A stretch of DNA of 64,000 nucleotides from Octopus sinensis (lineage: Eukaryota): positions 930,001 to 994,000 of the forward strand of contig NC_043006.1 of the NCBI RefSeq assembly GCF_006345805.1. The letters run 5' to 3'. Both the position numbers and the translations under genes were made by a program. The notes beneath the pieces were generated by a model. That model saw only the letters and a program-made list of their open reading frames with translations, searched no databases and was not told where the DNA came from. Numbering within the stretch: the first letter of the stretch is position 1; each line of letters opens with the position of its first letter. Below are positions 50,790 through 64,000 of this stretch, in pieces.

Positions 50790-51640
50790 AACTCCATCGG
50801 GAACTGAATAGCAGGTCATGAGGTAAGCATCCTCCATTCCCTTACGCTGTAAGGGTTGAACGTGGCGTGAGGCATCGACGTCATGACTCCGGGTTTCCCC
50901 TCAACTTTCGCTTTCTGTCTTACTGTTTGTACTCGTGGGTAGGGGAGTCAGTGTGTTCCAGAGCTAAGATACCTTGAATATTGTAACCACTGTGACACCT
51001 ACTGAATGTCGGGTAAATTATACCCTCTAAAATTTACTTTTATTCTTCTTTAACCAGATCCTGTTCGAAGTCGTCTCAGCTGCTTCTGGCATCACTTTAA
51101 GAGTTTAGTTTTCTTCCTCCCAGAAACTGTGTCGTTTCATGAAATCGTGGGCAGATTTTCCTCAAAAATCTCTCGCTCCACACCTCTATGGCGAGGACTT
51201 AAGCTTGGAGACTAGATTCTCCTAAGTTTGATGGCGAAAATGCCATATTTCTGTCATGTAAATGTTGTCTTCCTCTATTCCGCTTTCATATGGTACAATG
51301 AATTCAGTTAGGATCAATTGTTTTGATGAAAGTGAGTAGAGTAGTACAATATACGGTCTCATGCCACTGTTACTGATGATGTGGGGTGGTTTTGTTTCTA
51401 TTTGAGAAAGTCTTTTGTGCACTCTCAGCGGTCTTCTCCATCCATTAGGCCCCGCTTCCCTGATTCAATTGGCGCAGCTGTTTCACGTAAAAAATATCCT
51501 CCACCCCATCCGCTACCGTGTAGAATATTGGAGCTTCTGGTGCCATCGTCCTTTCTCTCACGGTAGAAATTACCAGTAAGATCTCTATAAGGGCTTATAA
51601 GTATTAGCCAACATAAAACCACGCATCTTTCAGACGCATA
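50790..51640 (-). mobile_element. Decayed Hero/NeSL-like REL LINE 3' portion
   Basis: ORF 51222..51422 RPYIVLLYSLSSKQLILTEFIVPYESGIEE (PD..ELTVP.E pattern), then AIEVxARDF and EAAETTSNRIWLKK. 50790-51020 is the presumed 3' UTR. Confidence 0.7.
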
Positions 51641-53659
51641 CATAAATACAAGTACAGAAATACACTCATACTCAGATACGCTCTTCTACGACTTATTGAA
51701 TGAATATATCGAACATTTTCTGCAATAAACCATAACGGAATATATAATTCCTTCTACTAAAAGGAACATAATTCCAATAGTAAAGAGGAAATTAAATTAG
51801 CAAGATATTTTCTCATACGCTTTTATGATTATTCAACCATTCCGTGGCGTAAAGTGCTTAACTGCGAGCAATTGGAGATTCTCAGTAGGTGGAGGTAAGT
51901 CAAAACATTAAATTTACGCATCCGTAACATCCTTTAACATGTGATCCAACGAGAGAGCCTTTATATGGTCACTTATCCTGCTAGAAATATCATTTTCAGC
52001 TATCTTAGAAAAGTACACGTTGGATAATATTACCATTGATTCACTGCATTTAGGGTAAAACGAGGTGGTCACGGTTGGGGAGCTTTTATCATAGGTTTGC
52101 TCCATTAAGCTTAAATAATAGCACTAAGCAACAGCAGCAATAGTATTTGAAGACAAACGCACAAAACTGTACCTGGTGGACCGACCTACTAGAAATAACA
52201 ACCGAATCGGCTTCAAATTACACCCTACTTTCATTAAAATTGTAAGACATTAAATAAAGTATTATTCGATATACATTTTCAAGGCACAATGGTCATAGCT
52301 GGTTCCTCTTTGTCCATTGGTTAGTTTTGATAATTGCTGATCTGGAGCTAAATAACAACAACATTTGTTATTTATGTATGATGATATATCGACTCAAAAA
52401 CTTGAACGGAAGTGAGACACTGGCTGAATGTAGGGTAAGTTATACCTTCCGAAATTCACTTTCAAGGTACAAGTCCAATTACTGAAATCGGTAAAAGAAG
52501 TAAAACACCATTGAGCTCATCGAACAATCCTGTGATTGTTATTGACTCTAAATAGTATAATCGATACCTTTTGGTTATTTGATAAAAAAGAAAATTGCAG
52601 TGAAGGAAAATTAAAACAGTAATAGGAGCTAAATAGACAGGATATGACGTAGCTTATAGACGGGATATGACGTAGTTCGTGAATTTCGCTAGTCAATGTC
52701 TAACTAACTCAAGCATTGGCTTAAGAAAAATATTTAGTCAAATGACTCCTGCCATAATGATGCATGAGATTGCTTTTTACTCAGTAGAAACTAATTTTCA
52801 AAAAAAATTTTCCCCGAGAAGAGAAGGCAGCTTCCGAGAGTTGTAGGGATGGAGGAAAGCAGTGTCAAACCGGAAAACTGTGGTGAATGTTTGCCACAAA
52901 ACAAACCCCACTAACGGCACCCATAGTTAAACTGTTCAGTGGATTAAATCTACCTCTGAGGAGTCAGGATTTGAAAGGAATGTACCACAATGTACCAAAC
53001 ATTCATACTTTTCGCAAAACCACAGGCGTTCGTAGGTATTTTCTCCCCTTATCAATGGAATGCCATTTTAAATTATAATGAGTTCGTTTAGCTACATTAT
53101 TCTTAAATTATTTCTTTTGAATTCCTTTGAGAAATTTCTTCTTGATTTTCTCCTTAAATGTTGCACATTTTCCATTTATTTATTTATTTATTTGCATCTA
53201 TTTATCTGCTTTGAACCTTTCTTACGAATTGATTATCTTTTTATTAAAGTATTTCAACAGGTTTTTCTGAAAAGATCTTAAACAGAAAATGAAAGTAATG
53301 AAGTAAAGTGTTCCATTCATGTTCACACACACACGTGCGTATATACACATATAAGCATGTATATGGATGTCTGTATATTTGAATATATATGTGTATATAT
53401 ATATACAAATATATATGTGAGTGTGTAGATATATGTATATAGATATGTATTTATGTATGTATCGCTCTCTTCCCCTATCTCTCCTTCTCTCTCTCCCTCT
53501 CTCTTTCTCTCTCTCTATATATATACATACAGATGCATATATATACTTGCATACATATGTGTGTATATATATATATATATGTTTATATATCTATGAACAT
53601 GCATACATATATGTATATATATATATGTATACATATATATATATATGTATATATATATG

Positions 53660-53724
<65 letters not shown>

Positions 53725-53782
53725 TGTATACATATATATATATATACATGTATATATATATATATGTATATACATATATATG

Positions 53783-53827
<45 letters not shown>

Positions 53828-53829
<2 letters not shown>

Positions 53830-54096
53830 AACATATATGCATGTCGGTACATTCTTCCCTTATGGACGCGTAACGCTTATTAATTACTGTTTTCAAATTG
53901 CATTCTAAGAAATTCAGATGACTGCTATTTCCAGTCACGCTGTTTTATTTATATAACTCTCTCAATCTCTCTCTTCTCATCCTTTCTCTCCTCTCTCTCT
54001 CCACCCTTTTCTGCTCCTCTCCTCTTTCTCTCACTCACTCTCTCTCTCTCTCTCTATCTCTCTCTGTCTATCTATCAGTATCTATTTCTCTCTGTG

Positions 54097-54136
<40 letters not shown>

Positions 54137-54185
54137 ACATATATATATATATATACATGTATATATATATATATGTATATACATA

Positions 54186-54240
<55 letters not shown>

Positions 54241-54447
54241 ATATATGCATGTCGGTACATTCTTCCCTTATGGACGCGTAACGCTTATTAATTACTGTTT
54301 TCAAATTGCATTCTAAGAAATTCAGATGACTGCTATTTCCAGTCACGCTGTTTTATTTATATAACTCTCTCAATCTCTCTCTTCTCATCCTTTCTCTCCT
54401 CTCTCTCTCTCCACCCTTTTCTGCTCCTCTCCTCTTTCTCTCACTCA

Positions 54448-54481
<34 letters not shown>

Positions 54482-54512
54482 GTCTATCTATCAGTATCTA
54501 TTTCTCTCTGTG
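53828..54512 (+). repeat. Tandem duplication with a 408-bp period
   Basis: taaacatatatgcatgtcggtacattc...ctatcagtatctatttctctctgtg starts at 53828 and again at 54236. The unique part is identical and only microsatellite lengths differ. Confidence 0.9.
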
Positions 54513-54585
54513 TATATATATATATAATATACATGCACACGCATACACACACACACATATATATATATGCATATATGTCTATATA

Positions 54586-54665
<80 letters not shown>

Positions 54666-55277
54666 TATACATATATATATATGTGTGTGTGTGTGTGTGT
54701 ATGTATATATATACATATATATATGTATATATATATATATGTGTGTGTGTGTGTATACACGCACATGAGGAATTGATACAGTGATACAGTCCAGCGTAAA
54801 TGCTATTCTTGGTTGACTGCCATGGAAATTTAACACTAAACCTACCAGATTACTTCTTATAATCTTCTCATATTAGCAAACCTTCGTATCATACAACATC
54901 AATCCGAGACAGGTAGTTAACCATCAAAGTGGCATGGAATAAGCCATTGAAGACCAATTTAGCGCATATTTTCTTTGGGGTACCTAAAGACTCTTCACCC
55001 AGTTTCTTACTCGATGACATTCAGTATGTTTTGAAATCATCCAATATTGCTCTGTTCACTTTAGGCTCAGCAGACCTGATATCAGAGATTCTACACGTGG
55101 CCATTCATCTTGTTTTCGACGAAGTGTCTCCAGAACTATATTATCAAATGTGCATTGCCCTTTGCAAGAAGACAGTGTGTGTTTTAACCGATCAAATTAA
55201 AGCCCTCGCGTTTTTTTTTCGTAAAATATTTATACATTATATACATTCGATGGATATTTGTTCTCATCTTGTTTGTT

Positions 55278-55341
<64 letters not shown>

Positions 55342-55361
55342 TTAATAATAATAATAATATC

Positions 55362-55545
55362 GAAAAATACCTTAGGAATGAGAACCCAGGTTCGAAATTT
55401 ACCCAAGGCACCTGATGAAGGCTGGAGGGTGTATCAACCGAACCGTTGTGTTCACAACAAACAAGATGAGGACAAATATCCGTCGAATGTAAATAATGTA
55501 AATAATATACATAATTCCTCATCTCTTAAATATAGAACTGAAATA
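55362..55545 (+). mobile_element. Short hammerhead-bearing repeat inserted in (AAT)n, with an inverted partial copy at 55233-55281
   Basis: acaacaaacaagatgaggacaaatatccgtcgaatgtaaataatgta (55454-55500) is mirrored by 55233-55281 across the (AAT)n tract. Confidence 0.7.
55407..55452 (+). ncRNA. Decayed minimal hammerhead motif (family zeta)
   Basis: GGCAC-CTGATGA-A-GGCTG-GAGGGTGTAT-CAACC-GAAC-C-GTT/GTGTT: stem I GGCAC:GTGTT, stem II with one C.A mismatch, GAAA core changed to GAAC (probably inactive). Confidence 0.55.
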
Positions 55546-58500
55546 TTTAATAGTTTGAAATACGGTATCTGTGTTAATGTATTCAATATCATTTTTTTTT
55601 ATAAACCCATAACATTTTCCTCTGTGCTATTCAAACGGAATCGTACTTATTCTATCGTATCTAAGCTTCAAAGGAATAATATTTCATGCATCGCTTCAGA
55701 AACTGCAGTTTTAAATGAGTTGTAAACCCAGGTTTAGTTTGGACATGGCATTTAAGACTAAACAGAATCAGGAAGAAAGAGAGAAAAGTACATTATGAGA
55801 GGGAGAAAAATTTAAAGAAGGAGTAAAGAAAAATTGAATCAGAAAGAGTTAAAGTAAACATACTAAACAAAAGGCGTGCAAGAAACATGGCAAAAAATAT
55901 AGGCCAAAACGTTTGGAATGGAGAAAATACAACAGGATAACTATGAAAAAGATTAAAAGGAATAAACGGAATTGGGAAGAGTGTGTAACGGGGAGATGAA
56001 AGCAAGTGAGGAATTGATTAAAAATTGGAACTTTTATTTTATTTTGTTTATCCCTTTTAAAATTAGGCACAGCCATTTTGAGGGTTCTTTGATAGAATTG
56101 GATCGATATAAAATGAATCGTTTCAAGTTCTTGTGTGGAAAAACTGATATGAAAAAACAATGATTTTTGTAAATGGTGAACGAAATCATCTACTGAAGAG
56201 TATGATAGATATTTAGGATTATATCAACCGTTCAAACCAGCTTGAGAATTAAGAGTACAGCTTGGAAATTTATGATTTTCAAGCATTCAATTATAATAAT
56301 CAATTGTGGATATAACTGAGGCATTTTCTTTAATTTTTGACTAAATTTACGTGTTTCTTTCAATATATTAAATAATTTGCAACGAATAGTCACTGCTGAA
56401 ATGCTTTGCTATAACTCTTCATTGTAGGAGTTTGTCCAAGAATAAAAAAAGTTTACTATCACATAAATTTTTCCTCACGACAAAGAAATTAAATGCGCCA
56501 AACTAACAAGGCCTATTTTCGGACCTAGATGTATGTTCAAAGTCTGGGGATAAATATATAGTCTGTCCTAACGTACTGGGGATTGATTTTAACGCATTAC
56601 TGGATTTCATATACGCCACTTTTCATAGAAACATACTGAGTTAACAGGAAAGACGTACAACTTCTCATATGACCAGACTAATATCTATCTATCTATCTAT
56701 CTATCAATCTATTTATCTACCTACCTACATACCTACCTACCTACCTACCTACCTACCTACCTACCTACCTACCTACCTACCTACCTGGCGAACCTGACCT
56801 ATCTCTTTTATACATACATACATTTATCCACTCATACATACATGCAATCATACTTACGTACACATATAATCCCTCAACAACACAAACTGTAGAAAATGCA
56901 TTTACTGTTAACATAATTGCCTGTGGCTATGTCTTCGACAACCTTCTCTCTTGTTTTCTTTATAGCGAAACGGATGTGAAGCTAACGACCTCGGAAGGAT
57001 AAGACATTCCTAACATTACTTCAATGGAAAATAAATTCAATATAGCAACGCATCGCCAGTAAATGTTATAGTGATACCTTGGTGACCTACACCAGTGAAT
57101 TGAACCTCCACGTAAATAGATCACTTAGTGTCATCTGTCTTCTTTATGTATATAATAGAGTACCAAAGATGTAGTTATGGGGCACATTGAAATTTTAGTT
57201 ATTTAAGATTCTCAGTTCTTTTACTCATAGTTGAAATATCTGCCATTGATATAGCAATGTTTGATGTTACCGAATCCATATCTCTTTTGAATTATTGACT
57301 TTGAATCCTTTGACAAGGGTCAATTTTAGAAGTACATATTTTTATCTCCCTATTATACATGCAGTTTGAAAGCCACTATTTAAGTTTATTTTCTCAGATC
57401 TTTATATTTTCTGTTATGTGCTAATTAGAACGTGTGTAAAGAACCCTTAAATTTGTCTTTCAAAATTTCTTTTATTAATTATTTTCCCCACGAGCAACGA
57501 AATAATTTAGTTTGATAATCCAGTTCATATGGTATTTAGCTAACATATACAGAAACGTACAAAGCCTTTCATGTTATTTCCTTTCCTCGTTAATTTATGG
57601 ATGAAGCAGATCCATCTTTGCTCAAATGCTTCAGAGAATTAAACTGATTGAAATTGCCATACAACTCAATGAGTTTGTTTTATTCATTGTTTTTTTTTAG
57701 TTATATTTCTCGACGGAACCCAGTTATTTAGTTTCAGAGACAGAATATCGTATAATGTAATCATGCTACAGAGAATGTTGTTAATATCTTTGACAAATTA
57801 TTATTCCTAACAAAAATTTACTGCAAAATCTCTGTTTATGCGGCAAACGTTGCTCGTTCATAATTTCTTCAGCAATTTATATTTTTACTTCCCTCCTTCT
57901 TTATCTCCTCACATTTCTCCTTCTACTGCATCACTTACTTTATACGCTCATCATTAAACTACATCACCTCCTCCCCTTTCACCTTTTACACCTCTCCCTT
58001 CATCTACTTCACAACTTCCCCATACTTCTACTCCTAATAATTATTTCTGAAATATGAATATGACCATAGATTTCTAGTTCGGGAGAGTAACTGCCAATTC
58101 AATCTACTGCAGTATGTGTCAGAATGTTATGCTATTGAACTGAAAAAAAGCTATTTAAAAAACCGAATAAATATAAGATTTGAAGTTTAAGACGAGTTGC
58201 TTGAATTGTTGCAGCATCAGAAAAAAAATTACTCTAATAAATGAAATATAACAACTCAGATAAATTGCGGAGTTCATTGCTGTAGCTAATTAGATTTGTT
58301 TAAATTATTCATGCTTAAATAGAAAGGCAAGAAATATATCGTGCATGAAACACAATTGAAATACATTTGACTCGTCTTCAAACTTCACAATCACATAGAA
58401 TGTTCTGAGACTGCTCAGAATATTTAAAGTTTGAACGATATGCTTATGTCAACAAACATATTCCATTGAAAAATAAACGCCAAGAAGAGCGATACATTTC

Positions 58501-59689
58501 TCCCATCCCGGTGATGTTAAATATGTTTGTTTTAGTGTTAATGTCTCTGCTCGTTCATTTCTGTCCCTTTGAATTTGTTTTAAGAGTTTACAGATAATAA
58601 GGTTATTTTCCTTTTTAACAATTAATATTCACAATTATGATTTCTTTACTCGTCATGCAAAAAGACGGAACTTTCTCCAGCAACTAGAAAATAATTCAGC
58701 TCTCTCTGAAGCTTATGTAGGGATCCGCAATGGTTACTGATTCTTTACGTTTGTAGAACATATCTTAGAAAACAAACAAAAAAGAACTTGTAAAACTTGG
58801 CCTGGAGGGGCTGCACAAAACCCCCCCAAAATTCTGATCGATCTCGTGCCATGTCTACTCAATGATACATAAATAAATAGTAAACGGTGGTTGGCGAGTG
58901 GGGACGCGTGTGTGCGTGTGTGTTTTACCTCTTTGGGAGAAAAGGAGGAGCAGCTCCCACGAACTCCTATCTTTTGAGGTCCACCGACGTCGGTAGGAAG
59001 AAAGGGGGATATTCTAAAATGGTAGACCTGACCGCATTGTTCGCACTGCTAAAGTTGGCTAAGAGTAAAAGGCAGTGTTAAACCGGGCAGTTGATTAAAT
59101 TTACCACCCAAGAACTCTAAAACTAAAAAAAAACTGGAACAAATGTCCGTAAAATGTCAAATCTAAGAATAAATGGCATTAATGTGACACCTTCGATTAC
59201 AATAATATTCCAGAACAGAGAGAGAGAGAGATGAGATATAACGATGAATCCAACTCCATTCTCCGTTAAAATTTACCATTAAATAATTGACTTTTAATTG
59301 TGTGCGAAGAAACACAAATATTTCAAAAGATTGAATAACAGAATGGCTCACGTGTTAATATTACAAAATTCAAATTTATTAAAATTTGGTTTTTGTATTA
59401 ATGGCTAATTTATTATTATTCTTAACGGAAATGATCGCGACTAAATATGTGATAATTTTAGTTACGTTCCTTTGCGTTCCCAGTTCACATCTCATCGTGG
59501 TTGATTCGGTCTCCCATCTGTCTGTGGTTGATAAAATCTGTACCAGTCATTTAATAAAATCGACTCAATTGAATGCAGTTTCCTTGTAACAACATATGTT
59601 TTCGAAAATAATTTCGGTAAGTAGAATACGAACAGAATTTTAGGTTACACCATATATTAGAATAGTTGTAGTAAAATAGTAGTAATAAA

Positions 59690-59935
59690 GACTAGTATTT
59701 GTGGAACTGTAGTAAAGGTACTTAGAGTACATACCATTTGTAGAACTGTAGCATTAGAACATAGAGTACATACCAGAGCTTAGACTAGTACTTGTAGAAC
59801 TACGGGAAAAGAGCATAGTGTACATACCAAGGATTAGACCGGCTCTTGTAGAAACGAAATACTATAGCATAAAGTACATACGAGAGTTTAAACGAGTACC
59901 TACAGATTATTAATAATAGAACACAGAGTGTGCAC
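59690..59935 (+). repeat. Degenerate ~54-bp minisatellite, about 5 units
   Basis: Recurrent agactagtacttgtagaact...agaacatagagtacatacca(gagctt) units. Confidence 0.7.
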
Positions 59936-60049
59936 TGTATATCATTGCTAATAGAACAGCTCACTTCTTGTTGTACATCGAATTTAACGATGGTCCTCTC
60001 AATTAGTTGTGGAGTCTTTGAGGACTTTACATCCTAATTCTTAACATGT

Positions 60050-60362
60050 GAAGGTGCGTGGCTTAGTGGTTAGTATATTCGGCTCTCGATCGTAAGGTAG
60101 TGAGTTCGATGCTCAGCGGTGCTTTTGTGTCCTTCAGCAAGACGTTTTATTTCACGTTGCTCCTGTCTACTCAGCTGGCAAAAATGAGTAGTACCTGTAT
60201 TTCAAAGGGCCAGCCTTGTCACGTTGAATCTCTCTGAGAACTACGTTAAGGGTGCTCGTGTATGTTGAGTGCTCAGCCACTTGCACGTTAATTTCACGTG
60301 CTGCCGACTGATGTGTTGATCGGATCAAGTGGAACCCTCATCGTCGTAACCAACGGAGTGAC
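60050..60362 (+). mobile_element. SINE family E, full length (tRNA head, CORE-like segment)
   Basis: gaaggtgcgtggcttagtggttag...gagttcgatgc...tgtgtccttcagcaagacgttttatttcacgttgctcc..ctcagctgg. A related head occurs at 17767-17835 and an inverted decayed body at 60650-60790. Confidence 0.8.
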
Positions 60363-61128
60363 AATAGTCCTTGATGTACACTTTGGTACTACACGTGACT
60401 TATGAATGTCTGGTTGGGGAGGTTTGATATTTATCTGCATACATGATACTTTTCTTGCTTTTCCTAACAGTACTGGATGAGGTTCACTTCATCTTCGGTC
60501 TCTTATCAAGAGACTGCTTCACCGTCTCTCATTTTGTTTTTACTATCAAATATTTGATGCATTCAAACCATAATATATTGCTACACATCCTAACAGATCC
60601 TCCATCGGTTGCGACCATGAACATTCAATTATTTGCCTAATCTAGCTACTCTTGAAACTAACAAGTAAGTGGTTGAGTATTCCACAGACACGTATATTCT
60701 TAACGCAATTCTCACACGGAATCAGTGTGACACGTGGAAATGTAAAAGGGCTGGGCCTTTGTATTGCCCGTACAATCAACTTGATGGGAATTTGTACAGC
60801 TTACGTTTAACCAACTTCAATTACATGGTTTGAGTCAATCCGACTTATAGTAAAAGACACTTTCTCCAAGAGGCTACGAAGTGAAATCGAATCCGGATTT
60901 CGTGATTCTGAGGCGAACTCTTACCAATCCATTGTGTCATAGCATCTGCTTCCAAACACATTTCTAGAAAATCATAATTGCAAGAATAACATTTCAAGAT
61001 TTGCATATGAATTATGAGCAAATAAAACAGGGCGATAAGAACAATTACTGGTATTGGAGCTCTTAATATGTTTCGCTTTGGCGGAGAAACTTTTCCTTTC
61101 AGATTATGCGTGTTGAGCAACACATCAT

Positions 61129-61300
61129 TGCCGTTACGCTCTGAGTTCAAATTCCGCCGAGGTCGACTTTGTCTTTCATCCATTCGGGGTCGATAAATTA
61201 AGTACCAGTTACGCACTGGGGTCAATATAATCGACTTAATCCGTTTGTCTGTCTTTGTTTGTCCTCTCTGTGTTTAGCTCCTTGTGGGTAGTAAAGAAAT
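61129..61300 (+). mobile_element. SINE family B, 5'-truncated
   Basis: Colinear with 4430-4545 and the 11401 tail. Confidence 0.85.
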
Positions 61301-62272
61301 AGGTACATTCAGACGCTGGTATTTCGACATAGTTGTAGCCCGCAGCCAAATCTGTCCTCATAGTTTATACTAAATTCAGCAAATTATTTGCTGCTCTGCG
61401 CTGATGCCTGTCAGGTCGATGATAGGCTATTGTGAACGTGTCCCCTTCGTCACTGAATAATGCGTATTATCAAAGAAACATCGTCTGAACGGAGAACGGC
61501 GAAAGAGAACAGCAACAAAGATTAGCATATTGAAGTTTAAATCTGCATACACGTTATCAATTTCTTCTTTTTAGAATCATTCATATTTCCTAACTCATTA
61601 ATATCATACGATAAAAAAAAAAGACGTTTAAATATAGTTTATTTCGTAAACTTTTTATTTCAAGAAATATTTCTCTAAATTTCTGTCGACAGCTAAATAA
61701 TTGCATTTAGTTTCTTGTGAGATGTTATATGCTAATCACGTGATTGGTTACGTCAACTGCAACTCTTTGTACGTCCAGCATCATATATATGGAATGTTTA
61801 ACAAACACCGCCATATTTGATATTTAATATTATACTTAATAGCCATTCAAACAGGTATTGTGTTTTTTTATTTACCTTCCAATGTTGATATTGTTGAAAA
61901 TATTAGCTGTGCTTTCTCTGTTTAACAACTGTAAACATCTAATATGGTTTTCTTCAAAATTGCCGCAATATTTGGAAACTGTCCGCTTTTTAGAGTGTAT
62001 TCTAGCAAGCGTAAATAATAACGCATATAATTGTATAGGCTCATTTATTTCAATCGCGAAATATTTTGGAATCTTAGTAATGGGGCTAAAGAAACAAAGA
62101 CGTTTTAATTTCATTTCGATTTGTAATAGATTGCAAAATTCTTCAAATGAAAACGTGCGTTGAAACAGATGTATATTACGAAATAAAATCGTATATTTAA
62201 AGAAAAAAAAAGAACCTCATACAAATATATAACTCATCTCTCTCTCTGTCTGTCTATCTATCTATCTATCTA

Positions 62273-62323
<51 letters not shown>

Positions 62324-62324
62324 A

Positions 62325-62416
<92 letters not shown>

Positions 62417-63135
62417 ACTGCCTATCCGTCTGTTGTCTGCCTGTGTGCCCGTCTGTCGGCCTATCTCTATTCTAGCTTATATACACACACATGTATATAT
62501 AGTTTACGTTTCCGTTAGAGTAAGGTCAACAAAAGAGTACACCATCCACTGAGAGATTAATATCATTTAATGTACACAATATAGTTACGAGCACCTAAAA
62601 GGTTCACACATTGGAGGTGTAGACTAGCAAGTTTTAATAACACGCCTATAGTATTTAAAAAAAAACCCCAGATAGCTAACATTAGTGATAAGATACCCAA
62701 TCTCCTTTCAATACGGTGAAAAATTACAACGCCAAAACAAAGCACAGAGAGCTGTACTCAGTAGTGCAGTGAAAGCGCGCGATAAAGATATGACTAATAA
62801 CTAATCCTTTCTACTGGAAGCACAAGGTGTGTGTGTGTGTATGTGTGTGTGTGTGTGGTGTGTGTGTGTGTGTGTGTGCGTGTGTGTGCGTGTGCGTGCG
62901 CGTGTTTGTCCAGCTTGGATGCAGTCCAGTGACCGAAACAAATAAAAGGATAAAAGGTAAATAAGAAACAATGTTATGATGCACTACGTAATCTCACACC
63001 TGGTATATAATTGGTAGCACTCAGCACTCGGTGATATATTTCGCACGCAGGTCAGGAGTTATCCAACCTTGGCATTGTGAAGCCTTAACGTTAGATGCGA
63101 GTAACCATTGGATTGTTTGATAATATATATATATA

Positions 63136-63839
<704 letters not shown>

Positions 63840-64000
63840 AAGTGAGGAATGGTTTGCATTTCTCGGATTTTATTCATCATTAAACACATCATGTGATTTT
63901 TGCAAACTGGAAGTGGATGTTCAAGCGGAAGCAGAACAAATATGGTTGGCTACTTTGGTTGAATAATGGCAGCTTATAGTTGAGGCATTAATGACAGGAC

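Noticed and set aside
56190-56245. CTGAAGA followed by a TGATA:TATCA hairpin and CAAAC
   Set aside because: GAAA core is absent and stem I is not evident. Similar incomplete hits at 6866, 12848, 13813, 42735, 49683, 52956 and 57866 were also dropped.
59690-59935. CRISPR-like array
   Set aside because: Eukaryotic context, degenerate units, and no unique spacers.

Overview
AT-rich, microsatellite-dense eukaryotic DNA. The SINE families and compound (TA)/(CA)/(CATA)/(ATCT)/(AAT) repeats point to an octopod cephalopod; this is an inference from recognised repeat families. Only one host coding exon is convincing: a minus-strand first coding exon (33576-32511, 355 codons plus 1 nt, strong acceptor upstream and GT donor downstream). 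It encodes a long polar N-terminus followed by one transmembrane helix with a claudin/PMP22-like start. The rest looks intronic or intergenic and is full of transposon debris: at least four tRNA-derived SINE families, R4/Dong-like and Hero-like REL LINE fragments, a young 5'-truncated CR1-group LINE, a mariner remnant, two Helitron-like non-autonomous elements and a MITE. The most interesting signal is RNA-level. At least six unrelated repeat families carry type I hammerhead ribozyme motifs (CUGANGA...GAAA...NUH), most with the tiny palindromic stem III typical of Penelope-like elements. Two families occur as near-identical, divergently oriented inverted pairs: a 477-bp near-perfect palindrome at 27739-28215 and a 155-bp inverted pair at 28393-28547/29474-29628. 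In this layout the antisense copy is always transcribed before the ribozyme, whichever strand is read. Two families also have unusually long stem II insertions. All folds were derived by eye and none is experimentally or computationally confirmed.
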